DNA of 64,000 bases from Patescibacteria group bacterium (GTDB taxonomy: Bacteria; Patescibacteriota; Minisyncoccia; Phycocordibacterales; Phycocordibacteraceae). The DNA is taken from assembly GCA_019744845.1 (NCBI GenBank), contig JAIETW010000001.1, positions 418,859 to 482,858 on the forward strand. Direction: 5' to 3'. Position numbers and translations under genes: made by a program. Below are positions 27,863-37,235 of the stretch, one piece after another (the first letter of the stretch is position 1; each line of letters begins with the position of its first letter). The notes under the pieces were generated by a model, which saw nothing but the letters and a program-made list of their open reading frames with translations, was not told the origin of the DNA and did no database searches.

Positions 27863-29062
27863 TTACTCAATACTGTCGTCCAGTATGTCGAGAAGTTCTG
27901 CAGCATCGTCCTCAAAGGAGGTGACGAGCGTTGAGAGATTGCCACGAAGGAAGTTATCCAAGTTACTTCCTGTATCTGCTTGGAAACTGCGGCGCAGGTG
28001 GTCAATCGTAATGGCCTGAAGATCCCGAAGAGAGAGGTCTGCTTTGACCGTACGCGTCGTGATGAGGCCTAGGAACTGATCGTCATCGTTCAAGACAGCG
28101 CCCCCAGAGGAGCCCTGCTGAGCGGCAGCGCCTGCATTTACCGCGAAGATATCAGTCGTATTGTTGGCACGGCTAAAGGTGAAGGCTTCTTTGATAGAAC
28201 CAAAAGTGATGGTTGGGTAGAGGCTGGAGCGCACCTGAGAACTGGTGAGGAACTCTGCACCGTAGGATCCTACGGACACATCGTCCTCTTCAGATACCTC
28301 TTTCCCAGAGGGTGCAAGCTGAAGACCTGGGAAGGAAGAAGGAGCAGGACCGCCAGATGCGTTTCCTGTAATCGCAAGGAAAGCGAAGTCGTGTTCTCCA
28401 GTACCCTTCGGATTGGAGGTCACAATGGTCGTCGGATTCTCTTCTATCCAGCTTGGAGAGATGTAAATAAGCTCTGCCACATATGCGTTCTTCGCTGGAC
28501 TTCCAGTCCGAATGACACAGGACCCAGAGTTCTTTTCTGGGTAATCAGTGACGAGGAAGTACTGGCCCACGTGTGCCACGGTCACGACGACCCCCTTGGT
28601 GCCTATAAGTACACCAGTTCCTGAGGTGCTGCGGAGATTATATCCCTTCGCAGGGGAACAGATGATGTTTACCAGGGCTCCCTTAAGGACATTAGTGGTA
28701 GAAATGTCTCCGCTTGGCTCAAGGACAGGCGGGAGAGGTTCATCTACCTCGGTCGGAGGTATCACTACCGGAGCGGTAGGGATGACTGGTGGGAAGGAAG
28801 GGAAGACAACTGGGGGGAGAACGGGGGTAGGGGCATTGGGCTCTTCTTCTGCATCGGGTATAGCACTCTCCGCGCCTCGGATAAGGCCATAGACCACCTC
28901 CTCAAGCGTAGGTGGACGGACGCCTGGGTTCCAGTTCTCAAGCGCTGGCATTGGGGGAGGGGTCACTGACACCTCTTCACGTGGCTCAGCACCAGTTCCA
29001 AGGAAAAAGGCCAGCACGCCGAACATAAGGGCGGCCCCGTTAGTAAGGAGTTCCTGGATCAT
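27863..29062 (-). CDS. Secreted trypsin-like serine protease with Pro-rich linker
   Basis: Catalytic triad motifs TVAHV, DFAFL, QGSSGG. Confidence 0.85.
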   Translation of the reverse strand: MIQELLTNGAALMFGVLAFFLGTGAEPREEVSVTPPPMPALENWNPGVRPPTLEEVVYGLIRGAESAIPDAEEEPNAPTPVLPPVVFPSFPPVIPTAPVVIPPTEVDEPLPPVLEPSGDISTTNVLKGALVNIICSPAKGYNLRSTSGTGVLIGTKGVVVTVAHVGQYFLVTDYPEKNSGSCVIRTGSPAKNAYVAELIYISPSWIEENPTTIVTSNPKGTGEHDFAFLAITGNASGGPAPSSFPGLQLAPSGKEVSEEDDVSVGSYGAEFLTSSQVRSSLYPTITFGSIKEAFTFSRANNTTDIFAVNAGAAAQQGSSGGAVLNDDDQFLGLITTRTVKADLSLRDLQAITIDHLRRSFQADTGSNLDNFLRGNLSTLVTSFEDDAAELLDILDDSIE

Positions 29063-29129
29063 ACCCGTACGCTACACCATAGACGCGGGCGCGCAAAGAT
29101 ACAGTCTTTATGGTATCCTCGCCCCTGAA

Positions 29130-29203
29130 GCGGGATTAGTTTAATGGTAGAACATCAGTTTTCCAAACTGAGAGCAGGAGTTCGATTCTCCTATCCCGCA
29201 CCA
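29130..29203 (+). tRNA. tRNA-Gly(UCC)
   Basis: GCGGGAT/ATCCCGC, TCAGT-TTTCCAA-ACTGA, encoded CCA. Confidence 0.96.
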
Positions 29204-29299
29204 ATCTGTACTAGTGCAAGAAAGACGCCCCAGCCCGACTGAAAATATTCAAGAAGCCCTGAATGCTTTCGTCCGGTGCCATTCAGGTATACTCAATAT

Positions 29300-29716
29300 A
29301 TGATCACCACACTACAGTACGTTTTGATATATCTTGTCTCAGTTCCTGTGTTTTTTATCATTGATATGTTTTGGTTAGGGGTTGTGGCTCCTGGGTTTTA
29401 TAAGTCGCAGATAGGCCACTTGCTTAGTCCAACGGTGAATTGGCCAGTCGCAATCGTGTTCTACCTGCTCTTTTTGGTTGGACTCATTATTTTTGCTATC
29501 GCACCAGCAATAGAGGCACGCGCGTGGACACACGCGTTATTGTATGGAGCACTGTTTGGTTTCTTTACGTACCTCACCTATGACCTCACAAACTGGGCGA
29601 CTATGAAGGATTGGCCAGCGCTGGTATCAATCGTTGATGTGGTGTGGGGGACAGTGCTTTCTGGAGCAGTCGCAACGATAACGTACTTGCTTGTTACGAC
29701 CTTCATCATTAAATAA
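29300..29716 (+). CDS. DUF2177 family membrane protein
   Basis: DMFWLG, GALFGFFTYLTYDLTNWAT.KDWP…DVVWG. Confidence 0.88.
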   Translation: MITTLQYVLIYLVSVPVFFIIDMFWLGVVAPGFYKSQIGHLLSPTVNWPVAIVFYLLFLVGLIIFAIAPAIEARAWTHALLYGALFGFFTYLTYDLTNWATMKDWPALVSIVDVVWGTVLSGAVATITYLLVTTFIIK

Positions 29717-29718
29717 TT

Positions 29719-30498
29719 ATGGACGCACTGGCTCTTTCGCTCGCAGCACTTCTTGCCTACATGGGCGTGTTGTTTATCGTGAGTCTTATCGTCAAGAACA
29801 ACGGCGTCGCAGACATAGGATACGGGATTGCGTTCATGGTTGTTGTTGCTGCAACCTTCGCTCAAACTACAATCACTGAACCATTCATATTGGTCATCGC
29901 ACTTCTCCCATTTATTTGGGGTGCTCGTCTCGCAACGAGAATCTATTTAAAAAATACCGGTAAGCCTGAAGATTTCAGGTACAAAGCGTGGCGTGATGCA
30001 TGGGGAAAGAGTTTCGTGGTACGGAGTTTCTTACAGGTGTACCTTCTTCAGGGACTGGTGGTCTTCATTGTGTCTCTTCCTATAACGCTTGCACTGTTGT
30101 ATCCCTCAGTGCAGCCAAACTATGCGTTTGCGTACCTTGGTCTTGCGGTGTGGGTGGTAGGGTTTTTCTTTGAAGTAGTGGCAGACCACCAGTTGGATCA
30201 GTTTATTAAAAATCCACAAAACAAAGGATCCATAATGATGCGTGGGCTATGGAGGTATTCACGGCACCCTAACTACTTCGGAGAAAGCACCATGTGGGTA
30301 GGTATTGCGCTTATGTCCTTGGCACTTTCCTCTATACCGTTCGTTGCGCTCGTAAGCCCACTACTCATTACCTTCCTTCTTCTGAAAGTATCGGGCGTAC
30401 CACTCCTCGAGAAGAGGTGGGAAGGCGATCCTGCATGGGAGACATACAAAAAAAGAACATCGGTGTTTATTCCACTGCCACCTCAGCTTCCCTCATGA
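29719..30498 (+). CDS. DUF1295 (steroid 5-alpha-reductase-like) membrane protein
   Basis: EDFRY, ADHQL, GLWRYSRHPNYFGE, SGVPLLE. Confidence 0.9.
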   Translation: MDALALSLAALLAYMGVLFIVSLIVKNNGVADIGYGIAFMVVVAATFAQTTITEPFILVIALLPFIWGARLATRIYLKNTGKPEDFRYKAWRDAWGKSFVVRSFLQVYLLQGLVVFIVSLPITLALLYPSVQPNYAFAYLGLAVWVVGFFFEVVADHQLDQFIKNPQNKGSIMMRGLWRYSRHPNYFGESTMWVGIALMSLALSSIPFVALVSPLLITFLLLKVSGVPLLEKRWEGDPAWETYKKRTSVFIPLPPQLPS

Positions 30499-31169
30499 AA
30501 AAATATATGTACATAACACTCGCTGTTGTTGCGCTGCTGCTTATTGTCTGGACTGCGTTGAGTTATCTTGTAGAACATTCAGTCAAAACACCCGCGTATT
30601 CAGTCATAGAAAAACGGGGCGGATATGAAGTGCGTCTATATGAGCCCTATATAACCGCTCGAGTGGAGGTGGGTGGCACCTACGAGAAAGCCTTAAATGA
30701 AGGTTTCAGCATCCTGGCTGATTACATTTTTGGAAATAATACGAGACAGGCGGGAATAGCGATGACCGCTCCGGTTATTGAGGGCGCATCTGAAAAGATG
30801 GCAATGACTGCGCCTGTCATGGTTAAGGATAATCAGGTGCTTGCTATGACTGCCCCAGTGATTACAAGCTCAAAGGGCGCAGGACGAACAGTTTCTTTTG
30901 TGATGCCGTTTGAATACACCCTTGAGACACTACCGAAGCCTAACAATCCTAGGATAGAAATTGTGCCGCAAGAAGCACGAAAAGTTGCTGTATTGAGATT
31001 TTCTTGGTTCAGGGACAGTGAGCGTATTGCTAAGAAAAAGCAGGAACTCCTCTCGCTTCTTGAGAAAGACTCAGTTGTCATTGTGGGGGAGCCAGAATAC
31101 GCAGGGTACAACGCACCGCTCACTGCGCCGTGGCTTAATAGAAACGAAATACTAGTTGAGATCAAGTAG
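30495..31169 (+). CDS. SOUL heme-binding family protein
   Basis: YEVRLY, GFSILADYIFGNN, three AMTAPV repeats, FVMP, RNEILV. Confidence 0.9.
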   Translation: MKKYMYITLAVVALLLIVWTALSYLVEHSVKTPAYSVIEKRGGYEVRLYEPYITARVEVGGTYEKALNEGFSILADYIFGNNTRQAGIAMTAPVIEGASEKMAMTAPVMVKDNQVLAMTAPVITSSKGAGRTVSFVMPFEYTLETLPKPNNPRIEIVPQEARKVAVLRFSWFRDSERIAKKKQELLSLLEKDSVVIVGEPEYAGYNAPLTAPWLNRNEILVEIK

Positions 31170-31314
31170 CATTTCACGGCTCTAGGGCGCCTGCGCTTAC
31201 GCAGTCCGCTAGTGAGATGGGCACTACCTCACCAATAGTTCACCAACGCGCATGGTATCTTTTATTACAGAACCCTCTGATGGGTGTGTATGTTTACTAA
31301 TTAATTTTAAAATT

Positions 31315-32454
31315 ATGTATAGCAACGTGATTGGGAAAATTGGTGCAACGGTGACTGCCCTCGCGCTCGCAGTCTCTGCGTTTGCGATGCTTGCGCCTAT
31401 AAGCGCACAGGCAGCGGGCTGTAACTTTACGCGCGACTTGTATGTCGGCGTCACTGGTGACGATGTGCGTTGTCTCCAGGTGTACTTGAACGGTGCAGGC
31501 AATGCACGCATTGCCGCCTCTGGTGTAGGTGCTCCAGGAAAGGAAACTACCACCTTTGGTCCTTTGACTGGCCAGGCCGTACTTCGTTGGCAGCAGGCAA
31601 ATGGTATTGCCGGCGCAAACGGTGTATTCGGTGCAGGATCACGCGCAAAGTACAACGCACTTATAGGAAGCGGAGGAGGTACGGTAGTGACCCCAACCGT
31701 ACCAGTGAGCGGTGCTCAGGATCAGATCCGCGCACGCATTGCGATCCTTGAAGCAATTGCGGCATACCAGGATGCGCAGGACGAGAATGGGGAGGAAGAT
31801 CTTCTTGAAGACTCTCTCAGCAACCTCTTGAACGCAATGGCTTACTACGTCAACAACAGCTACACCCAAGCAATCTCTGCCGCAAACAATGCAACGAACG
31901 ATGCGGAGGATGCAATGGGAGATAGCGATGATGATGACGAAGATGAGGACGCTGAGGAAGATGATGCGGAAGAGGCAGTTGATGAACTTGATGAGGCGAT
32001 AGACGAGGCAGACGATTTGGTTCAGGACTCAAACGCAAGCCAGGATGATCTTGAAGAGGCGTCTGACCTGCTCAACGATGCACGTGACGTGCTTGATGAG
32101 GCAGAAGAGGCACTTGATGATGAGGACTGGGAGGATGCGCTTGATCTTGCAGACGAAGGTCAGGATCTTGTAGATGAAGCGCTTGACGTAGTCGGCGAAG
32201 ACGCATCTGGTGACGAAGACGAGGCAGAAGAGGCACTTGATGACGCCTGGGATGCCTTTGACGACGCATGGGATGAGGTAAACGAAGCAGAGGACGACGG
32301 TGAAGACATAGATGATGCCGAGGACTTGCTTGATGAGGCAGAGGAGCTTCTTGATGAAGCAGACGAAGCCCTTGATGACGAGGACTGGGACGAAGTACTA
32401 GACCTTGTTGAGGAGGCAGAAGACCTCATTGACGAGGCACTAGACGAAATCTAG
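31315..32454 (+). CDS. Secreted PG-binding-domain protein with extremely acidic helical repeats
   Basis: Signal peptide, LYVGVTGDDVRCLQ…FGPLT..AV..WQ, C-terminal D/E-rich repeats. Confidence 0.8.
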   Translation: MYSNVIGKIGATVTALALAVSAFAMLAPISAQAAGCNFTRDLYVGVTGDDVRCLQVYLNGAGNARIAASGVGAPGKETTTFGPLTGQAVLRWQQANGIAGANGVFGAGSRAKYNALIGSGGGTVVTPTVPVSGAQDQIRARIAILEAIAAYQDAQDENGEEDLLEDSLSNLLNAMAYYVNNSYTQAISAANNATNDAEDAMGDSDDDDEDEDAEEDDAEEAVDELDEAIDEADDLVQDSNASQDDLEEASDLLNDARDVLDEAEEALDDEDWEDALDLADEGQDLVDEALDVVGEDASGDEDEAEEALDDAWDAFDDAWDEVNEAEDDGEDIDDAEDLLDEAEELLDEADEALDDEDWDEVLDLVEEAEDLIDEALDEI

Positions 32455-32470
32455 ACCATCGTTCGCAGAG

Positions 32471-32498
32471 AAAACCGCTCCTTCTGGGGCGGTTTTTT
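32471..32498 (+). terminator. Intrinsic terminator
   Basis: AAAACCGCTCC…GGGGCGGTTTTTT. Confidence 0.75.
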
Positions 32499-32530
32499 CT
32501 TGATCTGCCATGAAGGAGTACTATGGGCAT

Positions 32531-33679
32531 ATGGAACCGCTCGCCAATCGCATACGCCCAACCTCTCTCAAAGAGTTTGTCGGCCAAGAGCACTTGGTCG
32601 GCGAAGGGAAGCCCCTTCGTGTCGCGATAGAAAAGAAACATCGCTTCTCCTTTATTCTTTGGGGGCCACCAGGAACGGGAAAGACCACCATCGCTCGCAT
32701 CTATGCCTCTGCATTAGATGCAGAGCTGTTTGAACTCTCTGCGGTATCCGCAGGGAAAGATGACATACGAAAGATCGTGGACGGTGGCGCGCGAGAGGGA
32801 AAGCTCTCGCTTGGAAAACCAAAAGTACTTTTCTTAGATGAGATCCATCGTTTCAACAAAAGCCAGCAAGACTTCTTGCTTCCGTATGTAGAGAGTGGGG
32901 AACTCACCCTCATTGGTGCCACGACCGAGAACCCATCCTTTGAAGTGATCCCTGCACTTCTGTCGCGTGCACGCGTATTCGTGCTTGAGCCTCTTTCCGA
33001 AGAATCGCTCAAGGCAATTGTGAAGCGCACAAAGATAAAAGTAGGGAAAGAGGCCTTCGCCTGGCTCCTCGGCTACGCCAACGGAGACGCGCGGAGAGCC
33101 CTCACGATGCTTGAGGGCGCGCAGACGCTCTATGGAGAAGTGTCTGTGGATACACTCAACCAAGCACTGGAATCTCCACATCTTCGCTATGACAAGAAAG
33201 GGGAGGAGCACTACGACACTATCTCTGCCTTCATTAAAAGCATGCGTGCCTCCCAGCCTGACGCCGCCATGTACTACCTCGCTCGTATGGTGGACGCAGG
33301 GGAAGATCCTCTCTTCATCGCCCGAAGAATGGTGATCTTTGCGTCAGAAGATATTGGACTCGCGCAACCGACCGCGCTTGTCGTTGCAAACGCAGTCTTT
33401 CATGCTTGCGAAGTAATTGGATACCCAGAATGTGCGATCAACCTCGCTCATGGCGTGGCGTATCTTTCTAATGCTGCGAAAGATCGCTCTGCATACGATG
33501 CACTTCGCGCTGCGCAGGAAGATGTGCGTGCCCTTGGCAATCTCCCTGTACCAAAGCATATACGCAATGCACACACAAAGCTGATGAAGGATCTTGAGTA
33601 TGGAAAAGGATACGAAATGTATAGCAAGGAAAGTAATCTTCCTGAGAAACTAAAAGGGAAGAAATATTTTACGGAATAA
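32531..33679 (+). CDS. rarA: Replication-associated recombination protein RarA/MgsA
   Basis: PLANRIRP, GPPGTGKT, DEIHRFNKSQQD, ISAFIKSMR, ASEDIG. Confidence 0.93.
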   Translation: MEPLANRIRPTSLKEFVGQEHLVGEGKPLRVAIEKKHRFSFILWGPPGTGKTTIARIYASALDAELFELSAVSAGKDDIRKIVDGGAREGKLSLGKPKVLFLDEIHRFNKSQQDFLLPYVESGELTLIGATTENPSFEVIPALLSRARVFVLEPLSEESLKAIVKRTKIKVGKEAFAWLLGYANGDARRALTMLEGAQTLYGEVSVDTLNQALESPHLRYDKKGEEHYDTISAFIKSMRASQPDAAMYYLARMVDAGEDPLFIARRMVIFASEDIGLAQPTALVVANAVFHACEVIGYPECAINLAHGVAYLSNAAKDRSAYDALRAAQEDVRALGNLPVPKHIRNAHTKLMKDLEYGKGYEMYSKESNLPEKLKGKKYFTE

Positions 33680-33708
33680 GAAAAGCCCCGGATCTCCGGG
33701 GCTTTCTC
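33680..33708. terminator. Bidirectional terminator
   Basis: AAAGCCCCGGA-TC-TCCGGGGCTTT. Confidence 0.8.
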
Positions 33709-33722
33709 TTTGGAGAACGGGA

Positions 33723-33995
33723 TTACTTTACCGCGTCCTTGAGTGCCTTTGCGGGGCGGAACTTCGGCGTGCGGGTTGCCGCAATACGGATGGTCTCACC
33801 AGTACGAGGGTTGCGACCGGTGCGGGCTGGGCGGGCCTTTGCAACGAAGATACCAAGTCCTGCGACTGAGACTTCATCACCTCCCTTAAGACCAGACACG
33901 ACACAGTCAATAAAAGTCTCGACGGCGCGCTCTGCATCAGCCTTGGTGCCACCGAGAACTGCCTGAACTTTTGAGACGATATCTGCTTTATTCAT
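33723..33995 (-). CDS. hup: HU DNA-binding protein
   Basis: MNKADIV…GLGIF…RTGRNPRTGETI…PKFRPAK. Confidence 0.94.
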   Translation of the reverse strand: MNKADIVSKVQAVLGGTKADAERAVETFIDCVVSGLKGGDEVSVAGLGIFVAKARPARTGRNPRTGETIRIAATRTPKFRPAKALKDAVK

Positions 33996-34093
33996 AGTTC
34001 TCTTGTTAATTCGTAATCCCGCGGCCGGGTGGCTCCGGGTATACAAGAAGTATAGGAAATAAGCCATTCTATGCAATAGGCAGAAAGGACAAC

Positions 34094-34120
34094 AAAAAAT
34101 CCCTCACCAGAGGGATTTTT
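34094..34120 (-). terminator. Terminator after rny
   Basis: AAAAATCCCTC-ACCA-GAGGGATTTT. Confidence 0.75.
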
Positions 34121-34140
34121 ATACTTCATGTCAAGAGTAC

Positions 34141-35670
34141 TTAGCGCGCAAACTCAACGACACGATTCTCACGAATGATGTTGACCTTGATTTCACCTGG
34201 ATACTTGAGTTCACTCTGCACCCGATCAGCAATTTCTCGTGCCATTTTGTGCATCGCAAAGTCAGACACCTTACCTGGGTTCACAAAGATGCGGATTTCA
34301 CGTCCTGCCTGCACCGCATAGGTCTTCTCTACACCTGGGAAGGAGTTTGCAATGCGCTCCAAGTCTCCAAGGCGCTCAAGATAGCGCTCTACCGTATCAC
34401 GACGTGCACCAGGGCGACCGCCAGAGACTGCATCTGCTACCTGTACGATGACGGACTCGGGTGTTTCATACGGATATTCCTCATGGTGTGACTGCATTGC
34501 CTGGATAACGGCCTTATCTACTCCGAACTTTTCAAGCAGACGGCGGCCAATCTCTACATGTGTGCCCTGGACCTCATGGTCCACTGCTTTTCCAATGTCA
34601 TGGAGGAGAGCTCCTGCGCGTGCAACATCGGCATTTGCACCAAGTTCTTCCGCAAGCATGCCTGCCAAGTGTGCCATCTCAATTGAGTGCTGAAGCACGT
34701 TCTGCCCGTAGCTCGTACGGAAGTGCAGACGTCCAAGAAGAGAGATGAGGCGAGGATCAAGACCGAGGAGACCAACTTCGTATGCAGCTTGTTCTCCACG
34801 CTGTTTCACCATCTCGGCGACTTCCTGCTTCGCACGTTCCACCACATCTTCAATCTTTGCGGGCTGAATACGGCCATCCTCAATCAACCGCTCAAGTGCA
34901 ATCTTTGCGATGTGACGACGGAGCGGGTCAAAGGAAGAAAGAGTGATCTTGTCAGGCGCCTCATCAATGATGACGTCTACACCGGTTGCACGCTCAAATG
35001 CCTTAATGTTACGGCCTTCTTTTCCGATAACCTTCCCCTTGATTTCTTCAGAGGCAATAGAGACAGAGAGGGTCATCACTTCCGCATTTACTGCATTCCC
35101 CATACGGTGAATCGCGGTAAGAAGCAGAGCGCGCGCTTTCTCTTCAAGCTGTGCACGACCATGTGCCTCAAGCTTCTGAATGCGAGAAAGGAAGGACTCC
35201 TGGCTCGTCTGTTCAATATCTTTCATGAGCATCTCGCGCGCCTCTTTTTCTGACATATGCGCCAGACGCGTGAGTTCTGCACGGCGTTCATTCAAAAGCG
35301 TATCCGCCTCCCGGCGCGCATTGACTGCCTCGTTCTCACGAGCACGAATCTTATCCTCATCTTCGGAAAGACCACGTTCGCGTTCATCCAAAAACTCTTC
35401 GCGCTTTCCGAGGCGCTCTTCTTTTTCCAAAAGTTTCTCCTCGCGCTCTTCAAGAGGTTCAAGCCGGTTCTCTTCTATTTCCTTTGCGCGCTCTTCCGCC
35501 TCTGCCACCACGCGCGCAGCACGCTCACGCGCCTCAAGCATCTTCTGCTTGATCTCCAACTCCAAAGACCCTCGTTGCGAGAGGGTAATGAGCCATCGGA
35601 GCACGTAGCCAAGCGCAATGCCGGCAAGTCCCGAGAGGGCAAGAAGGCCAAGGACGAGTTTTATGGACAT
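34141..35670 (-). CDS. rny: Ribonuclease Y
   Basis: N-terminal TM, coiled coil, KH domain (KGKVIGKEGRNI), HD domain (LLHDIGK), QAGREIR. Confidence 0.96.
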   Translation of the reverse strand: MSIKLVLGLLALSGLAGIALGYVLRWLITLSQRGSLELEIKQKMLEARERAARVVAEAEERAKEIEENRLEPLEEREEKLLEKEERLGKREEFLDERERGLSEDEDKIRARENEAVNARREADTLLNERRAELTRLAHMSEKEAREMLMKDIEQTSQESFLSRIQKLEAHGRAQLEEKARALLLTAIHRMGNAVNAEVMTLSVSIASEEIKGKVIGKEGRNIKAFERATGVDVIIDEAPDKITLSSFDPLRRHIAKIALERLIEDGRIQPAKIEDVVERAKQEVAEMVKQRGEQAAYEVGLLGLDPRLISLLGRLHFRTSYGQNVLQHSIEMAHLAGMLAEELGANADVARAGALLHDIGKAVDHEVQGTHVEIGRRLLEKFGVDKAVIQAMQSHHEEYPYETPESVIVQVADAVSGGRPGARRDTVERYLERLGDLERIANSFPGVEKTYAVQAGREIRIFVNPGKVSDFAMHKMAREIADRVQSELKYPGEIKVNIIRENRVVEFAR

Positions 35671-35682
35671 AGGCGGGGAAGT

Positions 35683-35805
35683 TACCCACCTTCCGCTACC
35701 CGAGCGGATCTAGCAGCACAGTGCACATTTCAAGAATCTGAGGCTAAAGTTCGGGGCAGGAAGGCGGAAATACAGCGTTAAATAATCGTTTCAATCGTGA
35801 CTGGG
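35683..35805 (-). ncRNA. Candidate 6S-like RNA or structured rny leader
   Basis: CCGCCTTCC/GGAAGGTGG, CCGA/TCGG and TAGC/GCTA stems with internal bubbles; extended -10 TGcTAGTAT at 35812-35820. Confidence 0.45.
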
Positions 35806-35860
35806 AACGCCATACTAGCACGGAAACACGGTATGAAAAACGGCGCCGAAGCGCCGTGAT

Positions 35861-36256
35861 TTATGATGGATATCGTTCGTCTCTGACGATATCTTCCGAC
35901 TCTAGCGAGTTCGTTGCGCCCTTTCTCTGGAGCTGCCCGGCGTCTTCCGCAATATGATACGCGTCTCTGCGACCGTAAAACTGTCCATCGCTTCCTATGA
36001 AGCCGTCCGGGTCCATGTTTTGGTACATTTCACGAACCTGTCCACTAGAAAGACCGTAAGTTTTCATCACCTCCTCTTCAAAACGAGAACGAATAAATGC
36101 ATGCATACTTGCAGGCGCTTCTTTGCCCTCACGCACGACCGTACTAATGCAGACATCGCGAAACTTGATCGCGACACGGGTGATATGGAGCTTCGGAGGA
36201 CGTTCACTACCCCGGCTTTCGTGCACACTCCGCTCGCTTCGTGCGCCGTCGCTCAT
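35861..36256 (-). CDS. Hypothetical protein with a phage-type GF…R..A..IA..AGQL…SED motif
   Basis: DGFIGSDGQFYGRRDAYHIAEDAGQL…LESED; abuts the clpP stop. Confidence 0.6.
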   Translation of the reverse strand: MSDGARSERSVHESRGSERPPKLHITRVAIKFRDVCISTVVREGKEAPASMHAFIRSRFEEEVMKTYGLSSGQVREMYQNMDPDGFIGSDGQFYGRRDAYHIAEDAGQLQRKGATNSLESEDIVRDERYPS

Positions 36257-36258
36257 AG

Positions 36259-36861
36259 CTACTTGCTCTTGAAGACGGTGTCTACAAGACCGTACTTCTT
36301 TGCTTCGTCTGCGGTCATAAAGTAATCACGCTCCACATCGCGTTCAATCTTCGTAAGCTCCTGGCCCGTGTTCTTCGCAAGAATCTTGTTCAAACGATCA
36401 CGGGTCGCAAGAATGTGCTTGGCAGTAATCTCAATGTCGGTGGCCTGACCCTGTGCTCCACCCCATGGCTGATGAATCATCACCTCAGAGTTTGGAAGAG
36501 CGAAGCGCTTTCCTTTTTCTCCTGCAGCAAGAATCACTGCGGCAGCAGAGGCGGCCATGCCGACACATACCGTAGAAACAGCGGGCTTCACGTGGTTCAT
36601 GGTGTCAAGAATTGCCAGACCTGCCGTCACGGAACCTCCAGGAGAGTTGATGTAGAAAGAAATGTCTTTCTTGGGGTCTTCTGATTCAAGGAAGAGAAGC
36701 TGCGCGATGATGAGGTTCGCGACATCATCGTCCACCGGTCCACCAAGAAACACGATACGGTCCTTAAGAAGACGAGAATAAATATCGTACGCACGTTCAC
36801 CAGATGATGACTTTTCTACGACCATTGGCACAAGCATTGAAGCGCGGGGTTTCATATCCAT
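36259..36861 (-). CDS. clpP: ATP-dependent Clp protease proteolytic subunit
   Basis: [35 protein letters not shown]. Confidence 0.96.
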   Translation of the reverse strand: MDMKPRASMLVPMVVEKSSSGERAYDIYSRLLKDRIVFLGGPVDDDVANLIIAQLLFLESEDPKKDISFYINSPGGSVTAGLAILDTMNHVKPAVSTVCVGMAASAAAVILAAGEKGKRFALPNSEVMIHQPWGGAQGQATDIEITAKHILATRDRLNKILAKNTGQELTKIERDVERDYFMTADEAKKYGLVDTVFKSK

Positions 36862-36927
36862 AGTGAGAAGATAGTACCAAAGAAACAGCCCCCACGCCAA
36901 AAGCGTGAGGGCCGTAATTCTTCTTAA

Positions 36928-37224
36928 TTACTGTGCCTCAAACGCTGCATCAAGCTCGGTGAATGCGGCGTCAAAGTCTTCAGAGAACTCATCTGGAGAT
37001 TCGGCGTTCAAATCAGACTCAATAACGGCGGGCTCCGTAGACTCACTTTGTGTTTCAAGAGAGGCAGCGTCCTCTTCCAGAGTAGGAGCCTGCGCCTGGT
37101 TCATCCAGACGTACGAAGCACCTGCAACGATGAGAAGAAGGATGATGAGAAGCGCAACGACAGGACCATTTGCCGGCTTTGCGGCTGGGGTCATTGGCGC
37201 TTCAGGGGTGGTGGTTGGTTCCAT
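36928..37224 (-). CDS. Small bitopic acidic membrane protein
   Basis: Single TM, acidic tail. Confidence 0.65.
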   Translation of the reverse strand: MEPTTTPEAPMTPAAKPANGPVVALLIILLLIVAGASYVWMNQAQAPTLEEDAASLETQSESTEPAVIESDLNAESPDEFSEDFDAAFTELDAAFEAQ

Positions 37225-37235
37225 GGTATTGGTTA

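Noticed and set aside
29130-29203. Possible UGA-recoding (genetic code 25) tRNA-Gly
   Set aside because: The anticodon is UCC, and TGA acts as a normal stop for pcrA, rnhA, livM, livG and others.
31915-32454. CRISPR-like or tandem DNA repeat (GAGGCAGAAGAGGCACTTGATGA recurring)
   Set aside because: The repeats are in-frame protein repeats without unique spacers; no cas genes.
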